The translations under genes and the position numbers were made by a program. Shown here piece after piece: positions 1 to 9,354 of a stretch of 64,000 nucleotides of DNA (its first letter is position 1; each line of letters begins with the position of its first letter). This stretch comes from Candidatus Elulimicrobium sp. (GTDB lineage Bacteria; Patescibacteriota; Minisyncoccia; Phycocordibacterales; UBA918), in the NCBI GenBank assembly GCA_020720815.1, contig DYNY01000002.1, positions 5,980 through 69,979 on the forward strand, given 5' to 3'. The notes below the pieces were generated by a model that saw nothing but the letters and a program-made list of their open reading frames with translations, did not search any database and was not told the DNA's origin.

Positions 1-453
1 ATTTTTCATCGCCTCTTGTAGCAAGAGCCAAAGGGCTCGTTTGTCTTTTTGCAAAAGTACGTCCGCCAATTGAAAGGGATTGAAGACTTCACCTCCTTCA
101 TTTTTGTATTCAGTAATAGACGTGGCGTGGGCGGTTAGTATCTTTTTAGGACCAACCAACAGTCCCTTCTCCACGACAATAAACGTCTGGCTAGAACTAG
201 CTAAGTCAGACGCCATGGCTTCCACCTCAGCGGAAAAACCTTCAGCTTGCGATGGCGTATCCAAAACATAAACGTACTTCTCCCCAAAGAGTGAGGTAGC
301 CCCAACCAGACTAGCTAGCTGACCAGGTAAATATGTCTCCGCTTCCACTCGTATTACAACCATAGACGGATCAGTATCTTTAAGTGAATCAAGTTGGTTT
401 GAAAGTGCTTCTCTGACCTTTACTTCATTTGCTCCATAAAAAACAATCAACAT
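1..453 (-). CDS. 5' part of a gene that runs off the window start. The N-terminus resembles domain I of DNA polymerase III delta subunit (HolA).
   Basis: Reverse complement of 1..453 opens with ATG (453-451) and reads MLIVFYGANEVKVREALSNQLD...ATSLFGEKYVYVLD with no in-window stop, which explains its absence from the ORF track. It starts 2 nt after the polA stop, so it is operonic. The hydrophobic-YG-x-E and FGE-K-hydrophobic pattern matches HolA N-domains. Confidence 0.4.
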   Translation of the reverse strand, partial: MLIVFYGANEVKVREALSNQLDSLKDTDPSMVVIRVEAETYLPGQLASLVGATSLFGEKYVYVLDTPSQAEGFSAEVEAMASDLASSSQTFIVVEKGLLVGPKKILTAHATSITEYKNEGGEVFNPFQLADVLLQKDKRALWLLLQEAMKN

Positions 454-455
454 AT

Positions 456-2855
456 TTATCGCTTAGGTCTATCAATTAAATCGGCCCAATTTTTACCCAC
501 CGCCACATCAACTTTAATCGGTACACCATGCGTTTCTTTATTTCGCAAAACTCCCTCCATTAACTCAACCAATTTCGGCACTTCCGCTTCTACCAGCTCG
601 TCTTTTATTTCAAACACTAACTCGTCATGGACCGGTAGTAGCATCCTGACTTCAGCTAACTTCCCCTCACGGACTAGATAGTCATACACCTCGTTCATCG
701 CCACCCGCATCACATCCGCCGCCGTACCTTGAATCGGCGCATTAATAGCCATCCGCTCCGCCTGCGCTTTGATAAAAGGTGCAGAAGACTTAATCCCCGG
801 AAAATGACGTCGGCGACCAAACAACGTTTCGGTGTAGCCATGCTCGCGAGCAAATTCTTTTGTCTCTTCTAGATAATCTGCCAGCCTGGTAAAGGTGTGG
901 AAATAGGCATTTAAAAACGACTGGGCCTCTTCTCGACTGGTGTCTGGACCAAGATTAGTGCGCAGAGCATTAACTCCCATCCCATAAAGAATACCGAAAT
1001 TAATTACCTTAGCCTTCCGACGCATGTCACTGCTTACCTCGTCGGCATTTACCCCAAAGACTCGTATCGCGACCCCCGTATGTACGTCTTCACCGCGCTT
1101 AAAGATATCCAGCATTTTGGCGTCATGAGAAAGAATAGCGGCAATCCGAAGCTCAATTTGCGAATAGTCTATTCCTACCATCGTGTAGCCTGGGGTTGCT
1201 ACAAAAGCGCGCCGAATCGCTTTGCTCTCATCGGTCCTCGTGGGAATGTTTTGCAGATTTGGATCCTTGGAGGACAGTCGTCCGGTCACCGTCCCGGTTA
1301 GCATAAAAGTAGAATGAACTCGTCCATCCTCCCCCACCTGTGTCGGCAAGGTATCGACGTAAGTGGAGACTAATTTTTGTAGTTCCCGGTAACGTAACAG
1401 TGAAACTATTATCGGGTGCACGTCACGTAATTTTTCGAGCTCAGATTCTTTAGTCGACCTTTGTCCGCCGGCGGTCTTCTTCTGATTTTTGGGCTTTAGT
1501 CCTAGAGTATCAAATAGCACCTCCCCTAATTGCTTAGGTGAGTTTATATTAAATTCACTCCCAGCCTCTTTATATATTTCTGTCTGTAACAAAGTTAGCT
1601 CTTGATGCATTTTTACCCCCAACTCCTTTAGATAAGGAATATCGAGTAAGACGCCGTTCTGCTTCAATTCTTTTACCACCTTAATCAATGGTTGCTCAAT
1701 TTTTTCGTAGACCGATTTAAGCTCGCCGGTTTTATCAATCAACTCCTCAAGCCGATTTTTAGTAGCGACAAAATCATTAGTCTGTAAGTAAGCTCGACCG
1801 AAATCAATAATATCAGCTGAAGTAGCATTAGTGCGTTCACTCTCCAAAAGCCAAAGCATAATGCTGGCTTCCAGCAACTCATCTTTCGACATATTCACGA
1901 CCTCAGGTAAAGCTTGAACATCACCAAAAGTTGGTAAATCTAAAACTGTTTTAAGTCTTACACTAAGTGTCCTAAAACCAAGCTCACTAAATAACGAAAT
2001 TATCTTTTCTCTATCAACTGCGTCTTTCCAGTACTGTTCTGGTGGTTTAAAATCTATTGGCACGTCGGTACGAATGGTCGCCAGCATTTTTGAGAAACGA
2101 GCCTCTTCTTCCCCTTCCTTCAAGAGATTAATAATCCTGGGTTTTATTCCTACCTCTAGAAATGTCCCCTCGTCTTTTTTTAGTTTTTTATAAATAGCAT
2201 CTAGGTCACCAAATTTTAGAATCAAATCGGTGCCGGTCTTTTCCCCAATACCAACTATCCCGGGAATATTATCCGAAGTATCACCGCGCAGGCCTTTGTA
2301 ATCTGGCACAAGCTTGGGCGGAAAACCAAAACGCTCCTTGACTGCTTCTTCATCATATAAAATAGTCTCATTGATTCCTTTTTTTAAAGTGTAGACCTGG
2401 ACTCTTTTCCCTTCTACACATTGCATGGTGTCCATATCACCAGAAGCAATCACTACCCCTAGGTCAGTAATATTTTTTGTTTTCAGTGCAATCGTACCTA
2501 AAACATCATCGGCCTCAAAGCCAGGGTTTTCATAAATCGGAATACCGAAAGCGGCGAAGATATCCCGCGAACGAATAATTTGTGCCACTAAAGCTTCGTC
2601 TGTTTTTTCTCGTTTAGCTTTGTAGCCTTCAAAGGCAGTATGACGGTAAGTTGGCTCTGGCAAATCATAACAAGCTACTACATAGTCTGGCTTTAGATCT
2701 TCAATAATTTTAAGCAACATCGCTACCACTCCATAAAGAGCCCCAGTTGGTTCTCCTGATGGAGAGGTGAAATCTGGCAAAGCATGATAAGCACGGTGCA
2801 AGATGGCGTGGGTATCTAATAGAATTAGTCTTTTTTTGTATTTTTGAGTAGACAC
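456..2855 (-). CDS. polA: DNA polymerase I (5'-3' exonuclease domain plus family A polymerase domain)
   Basis: 799 aa. The N-terminal 5' nuclease region (LILLDTHAILHRAYHA) and the C-terminal Pol A motifs (DYSQIELRI, FGILYGMG, LLPVHDELVFE) are both present. Confidence 0.92.
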   Translation of the reverse strand: MSTQKYKKRLILLDTHAILHRAYHALPDFTSPSGEPTGALYGVVAMLLKIIEDLKPDYVVACYDLPEPTYRHTAFEGYKAKREKTDEALVAQIIRSRDIFAAFGIPIYENPGFEADDVLGTIALKTKNITDLGVVIASGDMDTMQCVEGKRVQVYTLKKGINETILYDEEAVKERFGFPPKLVPDYKGLRGDTSDNIPGIVGIGEKTGTDLILKFGDLDAIYKKLKKDEGTFLEVGIKPRIINLLKEGEEEARFSKMLATIRTDVPIDFKPPEQYWKDAVDREKIISLFSELGFRTLSVRLKTVLDLPTFGDVQALPEVVNMSKDELLEASIMLWLLESERTNATSADIIDFGRAYLQTNDFVATKNRLEELIDKTGELKSVYEKIEQPLIKVVKELKQNGVLLDIPYLKELGVKMHQELTLLQTEIYKEAGSEFNINSPKQLGEVLFDTLGLKPKNQKKTAGGQRSTKESELEKLRDVHPIIVSLLRYRELQKLVSTYVDTLPTQVGEDGRVHSTFMLTGTVTGRLSSKDPNLQNIPTRTDESKAIRRAFVATPGYTMVGIDYSQIELRIAAILSHDAKMLDIFKRGEDVHTGVAIRVFGVNADEVSSDMRRKAKVINFGILYGMGVNALRTNLGPDTSREEAQSFLNAYFHTFTRLADYLEETKEFAREHGYTETLFGRRRHFPGIKSSAPFIKAQAERMAINAPIQGTAADVMRVAMNEVYDYLVREGKLAEVRMLLPVHDELVFEIKDELVEAEVPKLVELMEGVLRNKETHGVPIKVDVAVGKNWADLIDRPKR

Positions 2856-2897
2856 TTCCCTACAGTATACTGATTTTTAAGCACCACCGCACTAGGC

Positions 2898-3401
2898 TTA
2901 GGATTTATCTACTTTAGTAATAGTTAGCTCTCTTTCCTCCTGGCTTATGGTTTTGAATTTTAGCAAAAAATGAGCTGGTAGGGCTTTTGCGATTTTTTCC
3001 GGCCACTCAATACAGAACAGTGTCTCCGGACTATTTAATAAATCCCGAAAATGTAAAGGTTCTAATTCCAAGAGTGAATCTATCCGGTAGGCGTCCATAT
3101 GAATTAGCTGTTTAAACTTCGGATGATTAGTTTTATACAACTTAAGAATCGTAAAAGTTGGACTCTGCACCGTATCTTTAACTCCCAGCTCTTGTGCTAA
3201 GGCTTGTACAAAAGTCGTCTTACCAGCCCCCAGCTCTCCAGACAGTCCAATCACCATAGCTTCATTTACAGCATAATTGTTTAAGGCTATATCCGCTATA
3301 AATTTTTGCGCGACTTCAGGTAGAGCGGCTAAATTTTTAATTACCAACTTTTCGGTCATATAATACAAAATAACATACAGTAATTTTTGGAATCCGTACA
3401 T
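2898..3401 (-). CDS. tsaE: tRNA threonylcarbamoyladenosine biosynthesis protein TsaE (YjeE P-loop ATPase)
   Basis: About 150-167 aa with the P-loop GLSGELGAGKTTFVQALAQELGV typical of TsaE. The true start may be the internal Met (MTEKL). Confidence 0.75.
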   Translation of the reverse strand: MYGFQKLLYVILYYMTEKLVIKNLAALPEVAQKFIADIALNNYAVNEAMVIGLSGELGAGKTTFVQALAQELGVKDTVQSPTFTILKLYKTNHPKFKQLIHMDAYRIDSLLELEPLHFRDLLNSPETLFCIEWPEKIAKALPAHFLLKFKTISQEERELTITKVDKS

Positions 3402-5192
3402 GTTACAATATTATTTAGTATGATGAATTTTAACGACAACATAACCAACGCTCGTTTAGCTGAACTACGCAGTGAAGAGGAAGAAAAGTTAGTCCAAGCC
3501 ATGGCACCTCAATACGGACTGGAGTATGTAAATCTTCATGGCTACACCTTAAATCCAGAGGCGGTTGCTACTATTCCCGAAAATAAAGCCCGGTCGGCTG
3601 GTATTGTAGCCTTTGATCACTCACACCAAACACTAAATGTGGCTATGAGGAGTCCTAATAACGCTGTCACCTTACAGGTTCTAGATGAAATCCAAACCAG
3701 TAACCGTCTAACTATCATTCCCTACCTTTGTTCTACTGGCAGTCTCGAACATGCCTGGAAACGCTACGCTGATTTAGTTACATCTAAATCCAGCGAGAAG
3801 GGAGTATTCGATATCGACCCACAAGAAATTATTAAGTTTGTTAAAAGCATTAACAAAAAAGAAGACGCTGCGGAAATGATGGATAAGGTAGGAGGCATCA
3901 ACAATGCCAGACGCGTGACTGAGACACTTGAACTGATATTTGCTGGAGCCATTGCTCTTCGCTCTTCTGATATTCATATCGAACCAGAAGAAAAGGTTGT
4001 CCGTCTTCGTTATCGCCTAGATGGTATTCTGTATGACATCTACGACATTGACCGCTACATCTATGAGCGCATGGTGTCACGCCTAAAACTCCTAGCCGGC
4101 ATGACCCTCAACCAAAAACAACAAGCTCAAGACGGTCGTTTTACTTTTAATGCTGGAGACCGCGAAGTAGAAATTCGCGCCTCAGTTATACCTGGCTCAT
4201 CGGGCGAATCTATTGTTATGCGTATTCTTGACCCATCAGTTGCGAGTTTTACTTTAGAAAAAATCGACCTCAGTCCTGTCTTACGCGAAGCGATGATGTT
4301 GGAGTTAAAAAAGCCTAATGGTCTAATAGTGACCACCGGGCCAACTGGTTCAGGTAAGACCACCGCTCTTTACGCATTTTTGCGAGCCTCTCACACTGAA
4401 GGTGTAAAAATTATAACGATTGAGAATCCAGTTGAATATAAACTCGAAGGTATTGTCCAGACCCAAACTGGTGATGATTACACTTTCGCCTCTGGCTTAC
4501 GAGCAGTTCTACGCCAAGATCCCGACATCATTATGGTGGGAGAAATCCGTGACAAAGAGGTAGCCGAGACAGCTATTCACGCCGCCCAGACTGGACACTT
4601 GGTGTTCTCTACTCTGCATACTAACAGTGCGGTTGGTGGCTTCCCTCGTTTGATTGACCTGGGCATAGAACCACGCATCCTCGGCAGTGCTGTAAGTGCC
4701 TTTCTTGGTCAACGTTTAGTCAGACGACTATGTAATGAATGCAAACAAAGCTACCAAGCGTCTGACGCTGAATTTGCTATTCTAGCCCAAATCATGGCCG
4801 GGCACCCTAAACCCGTAATTTTAGAAAAACCCCTCACCTTATATAAGGCCGTCGGCTGTGCAACCTGTAGCGGACAAGGTTACAAAGGCCGGATGGGTAT
4901 CTTTGAAGCAGTATTGATGGATAAGGCAGTGGAAGAGGTGGTGATTAGAGACCCACGCGAACATCTAATTTTGGAAGCAGCCAGACCTCAGGGTATACCA
5001 ACCATGGTAGAAGATGGTGCAGAAAAAGTCCTTAGAGGTGATACAACCCTAGAAGAGCTTGAGCGTGTAATTGAACTTCCAAAAATTAATCCAATATCCC
5101 CTAACACCAACATTCCGCCAAGGACAGGAGCGACTGAAAAACCAACTGATAACAATAATCCTGACTTATTTCTATCGCACGTAGTTAACTAA
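3387..5192 (+). CDS. pilB: GspE/PilB-family type II/IV secretion or type IV pilus assembly ATPase
   Basis: N-terminal GspII_E-like domain, Walker A GPTGSGKTT, Walker B IIMVGEIRD, and a C-terminal tetracysteine (CNEC...CATC). The start is probably at MMNFND near 3420, since the track start overlaps the tsaE 5' end. Confidence 0.88.
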   Translation: MESVHVTILFSMMNFNDNITNARLAELRSEEEEKLVQAMAPQYGLEYVNLHGYTLNPEAVATIPENKARSAGIVAFDHSHQTLNVAMRSPNNAVTLQVLDEIQTSNRLTIIPYLCSTGSLEHAWKRYADLVTSKSSEKGVFDIDPQEIIKFVKSINKKEDAAEMMDKVGGINNARRVTETLELIFAGAIALRSSDIHIEPEEKVVRLRYRLDGILYDIYDIDRYIYERMVSRLKLLAGMTLNQKQQAQDGRFTFNAGDREVEIRASVIPGSSGESIVMRILDPSVASFTLEKIDLSPVLREAMMLELKKPNGLIVTTGPTGSGKTTALYAFLRASHTEGVKIITIENPVEYKLEGIVQTQTGDDYTFASGLRAVLRQDPDIIMVGEIRDKEVAETAIHAAQTGHLVFSTLHTNSAVGGFPRLIDLGIEPRILGSAVSAFLGQRLVRRLCNECKQSYQASDAEFAILAQIMAGHPKPVILEKPLTLYKAVGCATCSGQGYKGRMGIFEAVLMDKAVEEVVIRDPREHLILEAARPQGIPTMVEDGAEKVLRGDTTLEELERVIELPKINPISPNTNIPPRTGATEKPTDNNNPDLFLSHVVN

Positions 5193-5300
5193 AACCAACC
5201 TGCGATGAAAGATAAAAAACCACTCCGGTCAAGCTGTTTTTTATTGCCACTGTGCTATATTGCAAAGTAGTTACCCGGTCCTTCACATTAGTTCCAGAAT

Positions 5301-5425
5301 ATAACTCTCTAAGCAAGGCTTCCGCATTGAAAGTGAATACCGCGCTAAGGAAGCATGTAGCACCCTCACTCAAAGGTGAGCGCCACAAACCCCTCGCAAC
5401 GTATTCAAGTTGCTTAGAGAGTTAT
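5301..5425. ncRNA. Candidate structured RNA element of unknown identity, about 125 nt, closed by a perfect 16-bp terminal stem.
   Basis: ataactctctaagcaa (5301-5316) pairs perfectly with ttgcttagagagttat (5410-5425). Internal nested helices include tgaatac/gtattca, gcgct/agcgc and ctcac-tcaaag-gtgag. It contains an AGGAAGCA and AUGUAGC stretch. It lies in the 410-nt pilB-ruvB spacer with no plausible ORF. Confidence 0.25.
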
Positions 5426-5603
5426 CGTCTGGAAATTGAGAATCAAAAGAAAAAATGGTAACTACTGTTACCGAGAACAACCTTACTTTTATATATTAGC
5501 ACAAATAACTTATTTGTCAACTACTTTTTTCTCATCTTTCTAATTTGCCCTCATTTTATATAATAAACAAGAAATTAACCCTTTAATTTGCTATTATATT
5601 GTC

Positions 5604-6611
5604 ATGGCAGAAAATACTACTCAGACACCCATAAAACGCGATGAGGCCAGTAATCTTGACCAAGCTCTCCGTCCACAAACTTGGGAAAATTACGTTGGCC
5701 AAGAAAAGATTAAGGAAAATTTACGAATTTTGTTGACCGCTGCCAAGGAACGTGGGCATGCCGCTGAGCACGTCTTACTTTACGGACCGCCAGGACTCGG
5801 CAAGACGACACTTGCCCACCTAATTGCCAAAACCCTCGGTACCAACATGCGCGGAACTTCTGGCCCAGCCATCGAACGAGTGGGTGACCTCGCCGCTATT
5901 TTAACGAACTTATCTCCAGGTGATGTACTATTCATTGACGAAATTCACCGTTTATCAAAGACGATTGAAGAGGTGCTCTACCCCGCCATGGAATCTGGTG
6001 TGCTCGATATTATTATTGGTAAAGGGCCTTCGGCCAGAACCGTCCAGCTCGATTTACCGCCCTTTACCTTGGTCGCCGCGACTACCCGCATATCAATGCT
6101 TTCAGCTCCTTTGCGATCACGTTTCTCCGGCGGTACCTTCCGGTTGGAGTTTTACTCCAGCTCAGAAATAGCTCTAATACTAGAACACTCTACTACCACT
6201 TTAGGTATCTCTGCTGACGCCGATACGATTATGGCTATTGCTGAGCGTAGCAGGGCAACCCCGCGCACCGCCAACTACCTACTCAAACGGTGTCGGGATA
6301 TGGCACAACTTGCTAGTTGTGACCTTACTACCGACATTATCTCTAAAACCTTCACTCTCCTTGGGGTAGATAACTTGGGACTTAACGCGCAAGACCGAGC
6401 CGTGCTTGAAGTTATAATAGAAAAATTTAATGGTGGTCCAGTTGGCCTTAACACCATTGCAGCCGCCACTGGCGAGGAGCAGGCCACGATTGAAGATGTA
6501 ATCGAACCCTACCTAATTCGTCTTGGCTTACTCGAGAGAACGCCACGTGGTCGAGTAGCCAGTAGCGATGGTTACAAACATTTACAAACCCTTACTATAA
6601 ATTCAAAATAA
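5604..6611 (+). CDS. ruvB: Holliday junction branch-migration helicase RuvB
   Basis: 335 aa AAA+ protein with LLYGPPGLGKTTLAHLIA and a RuvB-type C-terminal winged helix. Confidence 0.95.
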   Translation: MAENTTQTPIKRDEASNLDQALRPQTWENYVGQEKIKENLRILLTAAKERGHAAEHVLLYGPPGLGKTTLAHLIAKTLGTNMRGTSGPAIERVGDLAAILTNLSPGDVLFIDEIHRLSKTIEEVLYPAMESGVLDIIIGKGPSARTVQLDLPPFTLVAATTRISMLSAPLRSRFSGGTFRLEFYSSSEIALILEHSTTTLGISADADTIMAIAERSRATPRTANYLLKRCRDMAQLASCDLTTDIISKTFTLLGVDNLGLNAQDRAVLEVIIEKFNGGPVGLNTIAAATGEEQATIEDVIEPYLIRLGLLERTPRGRVASSDGYKHLQTLTINSK

Positions 6612-6613
6612 AT

Positions 6614-7153
6614 ATGTCTGGACATAATAAATGGTCAAAAATAAAACATAAAAAGGCCGCTACCGATTCGCAAAAAAGTAGGGTATTTTCTAAACATTCT
6701 AGTCTTATCGCCATGGAATCGCGCAAAGCTGGAGGAGATGTAAATTCGCCAAGTTTATTTGTCGCCATCGAACGAGCCAAAAAAGATTCTATGCCCAAAG
6801 AAAATATTGAGCGAGCCGTGGCCAAAGGTAGAGGTAATGACGGGTCTGAATTACAAGAAGTATTATTTGAAACCTATGGCCCGGGTGGCGTCGCTATGCT
6901 TATTACTGCCATCACTGATAACAACAACCGAACTAGTCAAGAAATTAAACATGCCCTCAGTCACTTAGGATACCAGCTCGGTGGTCCAGGTTCAGCTAGT
7001 TGGGCTTTCACTAAGAAAGACCGTGTCTACACTCCAAATAGCCCCCTAGCCCTCTCTGAAGAAGATGGTGAACAATTGGCTCATTTGGTAGAAACCCTAG
7101 AGGAGCTAGACGACATTCACGACATCTTTACGACAGCTGACGAAGTGAATTAA
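6614..7153 (+). CDS. yebC: YebC/PmpR (TACO1) family DNA-binding regulator, short form
   Basis: N-terminus MSGHNKWSKIKHKKAA...NIERAVAKG is the family signature. At 179 aa it is shorter than the usual ~240 aa. Confidence 0.85.
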   Translation: MSGHNKWSKIKHKKAATDSQKSRVFSKHSSLIAMESRKAGGDVNSPSLFVAIERAKKDSMPKENIERAVAKGRGNDGSELQEVLFETYGPGGVAMLITAITDNNNRTSQEIKHALSHLGYQLGGPGSASWAFTKKDRVYTPNSPLALSEEDGEQLAHLVETLEELDDIHDIFTTADEVN

Positions 7154-7155
7154 AA

Positions 7156-7647
7156 ATGAACCAGCCTTTACGAGTTTTGGCGATTGACCCTGGTTATGAT
7201 CGAATTGGTTTAGCGATAGTAGAAAAAGACGGTAATAAAGACAAGGTAATTTATTCCACCTGCATTGAAACTAAACGCCACCTAGCCTTTGCTAATCGAC
7301 TTCTGGTAGTTGGTGATTCGGTAGAAAAGGTTCTTGCCGAGTTCGCACCTCAATGTGTTGCAATTGAGACTTTATTCTTTAATAAAAATATTAAAACCGC
7401 TATTGGTGTAGCAGAGGCTCGAGGTATGATTATGTACTTAGCTAAAAAAGCTAAGTGTGAAATTTATGAATATGGTCCACAAGAAATAAAGGTAGCTATC
7501 ACTGGTTATGGTAAGAGTGATAAAACGGCTGTTTTAGATATGGTTAAGCGTTTAGTTAACAACGTCCCAATTTCCGCCCTTGATGATGAATACGATGCGA
7601 TTGCAGTTGGGGTTACCTGCCTTGCACAATACCGCCAGTCTAGGTAA
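7156..7647 (+). CDS. ruvC: Holliday junction resolvase RuvC
   Basis: LRVLAIDPGYDRIGLAIVE matches the RuvC N-terminus. It is adjacent to ruvB and yebC. Confidence 0.9.
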   Translation: MNQPLRVLAIDPGYDRIGLAIVEKDGNKDKVIYSTCIETKRHLAFANRLLVVGDSVEKVLAEFAPQCVAIETLFFNKNIKTAIGVAEARGMIMYLAKKAKCEIYEYGPQEIKVAITGYGKSDKTAVLDMVKRLVNNVPISALDDEYDAIAVGVTCLAQYRQSR

Positions 7648-7718
7648 AATCGCAGACGGGTTTAGCAGGGTTGAAATTCTTTAATAACTCTGCTAAAACA
7701 ATTCCTAATTAGTAATCA

Positions 7719-7991
7719 ATGAACGTTATGGTATTTTTACGACGCGACGATGAAGAGGAAGAGTTAGAGACCCCTGAAGATGAGGAGGCTACTTTGGCTG
7801 ACGATATTCTTGATGAAGTTGAAGAGGAGGTGGCCGATATCGTTGAACCAGGAGACATTGAGGGATTTGGTTTAATTGTAGAGAGTGGTACCGAAGAGGA
7901 AGAAGAGGAAGAAGAAGATGGTGATGAGTCTCTAGAAGAAGACGCAGAAGATGTTGATTTTGACACTTTTGATGATGTCGATGAAATGTAG
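7719..7991 (+). CDS. Highly acidic (Asp/Glu-rich) small protein, function unknown
   Basis: 90 aa dominated by D/E runs (EEEEEEEEDGDE). It is followed directly by a strong terminator. The antisense Ser-rich ORF on the other strand is a mirror artefact. Confidence 0.5.
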   Translation: MNVMVFLRRDDEEEELETPEDEEATLADDILDEVEEEVADIVEPGDIEGFGLIVESGTEEEEEEEEDGDESLEEDAEDVDFDTFDDVDEM

Positions 7992-7994
7992 TAA

Positions 7995-8034
7995 AAACGA
8001 AAGGGCCGGCTTGAAAGCCGGCCCTTTCGTTTGG
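7995..8034. terminator. Bidirectional intrinsic terminator between the acidic protein gene (+) and tyrS (-)
   Basis: aaaaacgaaagggccggctt-gaaa-gccggccctttcgttt is a perfect GC-rich hairpin flanked by an A-run and a T-run. Confidence 0.7.
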
Positions 8035-8035
8035 T

Positions 8036-9277
8036 CTATTTTAAAGTTAGCAAAGAGACATTTTTCTTACCTCGTTTAAGGTGGACCAATTCCCCGTCCT
8101 GATTTTTATCTAACACATAGGCCAGGTCGATAACCTTCACACTGTTTACCGACACCGCTCCACTCTCAACAAATGTTCTAGCTTCTCTTTTACTTGAAGC
8201 TAACCCACTAGTTACTAATGCATCCAATAATGGCATACTATTATCAACGGTGGTAGTTGGAGCATTAGCAAGCAAAATATCTTTTTCGGTCATAGTAAGT
8301 TCATCAATGGCCACATCACCAAATAAATATTTGGTGGCTTTTTCTACATTACTACAAAGAACAGACCCGTGCACAAGAGTGGTTACTTCCTTGGCCAACA
8401 ACCTTTGGGCCTCTCTTTGTCCTAGGTTATTTCCTGACTCTTCTTCAACTTGTAAAATTTGTTCTCTACTCAACAAAGTAAACAGCTTCAAATAATCAAA
8501 CACATTCTCATCAGTCACATTCAACCAAAACTGATAAAAAGCAAACGGTGAAGTTTTCTCCGGGTCTAACCAAACTGCATTACCTTCACTTTTACCAAAT
8601 TTCTTACCAGTACTTTTATCAACAATTAAAGGTACCGTTAAAGCATGTACCTCTGCTCTTTCTACTCGTCTTATTAGATCTACTCCAGCCACCATATTAC
8701 CCCATTGATCTGAACCACCAACTTGTAGCGTACAACCATGCTCTTTAAAGAGAGTCAAATAGTCATATGCCTGTAATAAAGGATAAGCAAACTCGGTATA
8801 AGAGAGGCCGGTTTCAGTAGCTAGTCTTTTAGCAATAGCATCTTTTTTAATTAATTCATTGACCGTGAAGTGTTTCCCGATATCCCGCAAGAATTCGAGC
8901 AAACTCAAAGAAGACAGCCAGTCATAGTTATTAATGAAAGTAATTGAACCAACATCCAAAATTGTTTCCGCCTGTTTTTTAATTTTCTTTACTCTTTCCT
9001 CTACTTCCACTTGACTAGAAAGAACTCTTTCTTTATCTGGCTTTGGATCGCCGATCATACCGGTACCACCACCAACTAAAAAAATTACTTTATGTCCATC
9101 ATTAATAAGGTGTTTCAATAACAACCAAACCACAAAATTACCCACATGGGCTGAATCCGCGGTAGGATCAATACCGTGATAAACCGTCCTTTTCTTATTA
9201 TTAATAATAATTGCTAAAGAGTCAGCTGAAAACTGCCCCACAAAACCACGCCACTGTAATTCTTCCACTAAATTCAT
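8036..9277 (-). CDS. tyrS: Tyrosyl-tRNA synthetase
   Basis: HIGH-type motif (DPTADSAHVGN), KMSKS motif (KFGKS) and a C-terminal S4-like domain. 413 aa. Confidence 0.95.
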   Translation of the reverse strand: MNLVEELQWRGFVGQFSADSLAIIINNKKRTVYHGIDPTADSAHVGNFVVWLLLKHLINDGHKVIFLVGGGTGMIGDPKPDKERVLSSQVEVEERVKKIKKQAETILDVGSITFINNYDWLSSLSLLEFLRDIGKHFTVNELIKKDAIAKRLATETGLSYTEFAYPLLQAYDYLTLFKEHGCTLQVGGSDQWGNMVAGVDLIRRVERAEVHALTVPLIVDKSTGKKFGKSEGNAVWLDPEKTSPFAFYQFWLNVTDENVFDYLKLFTLLSREQILQVEEESGNNLGQREAQRLLAKEVTTLVHGSVLCSNVEKATKYLFGDVAIDELTMTEKDILLANAPTTTVDNSMPLLDALVTSGLASSKREARTFVESGAVSVNSVKVIDLAYVLDKNQDGELVHLKRGKKNVSLLTLK

Positions 9278-9354
9278 AAAAATACTCTAGCACAGAATCA
9301 CCCTAAGTTGTCTAGACAAGTTGTGCTACTATTGGCAATATAAGCATCTATTGT

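Noticed and set aside
80-271. A 63-aa plus-strand ORF at the window start.
   Set aside because: The opposite strand carries an open frame continuous with a HolA-like N-terminus that starts 2 nt after polA.
5301-5425. Assigning the structured element as SRP (4.5S) RNA.
   Set aside because: The AGGAAGCA/AUGUAGC stretch is suggestive, but helix arrangement and spacing do not match the 4.5S consensus. It is left as unidentified pending covariance-model search.
7709-7966. An 85-aa Ser-rich ORF on the minus strand.
   Set aside because: It is a mirror image of the GAA/GAG-rich acidic-protein gene on the plus strand. Its low complexity is typical of an antisense artefact.
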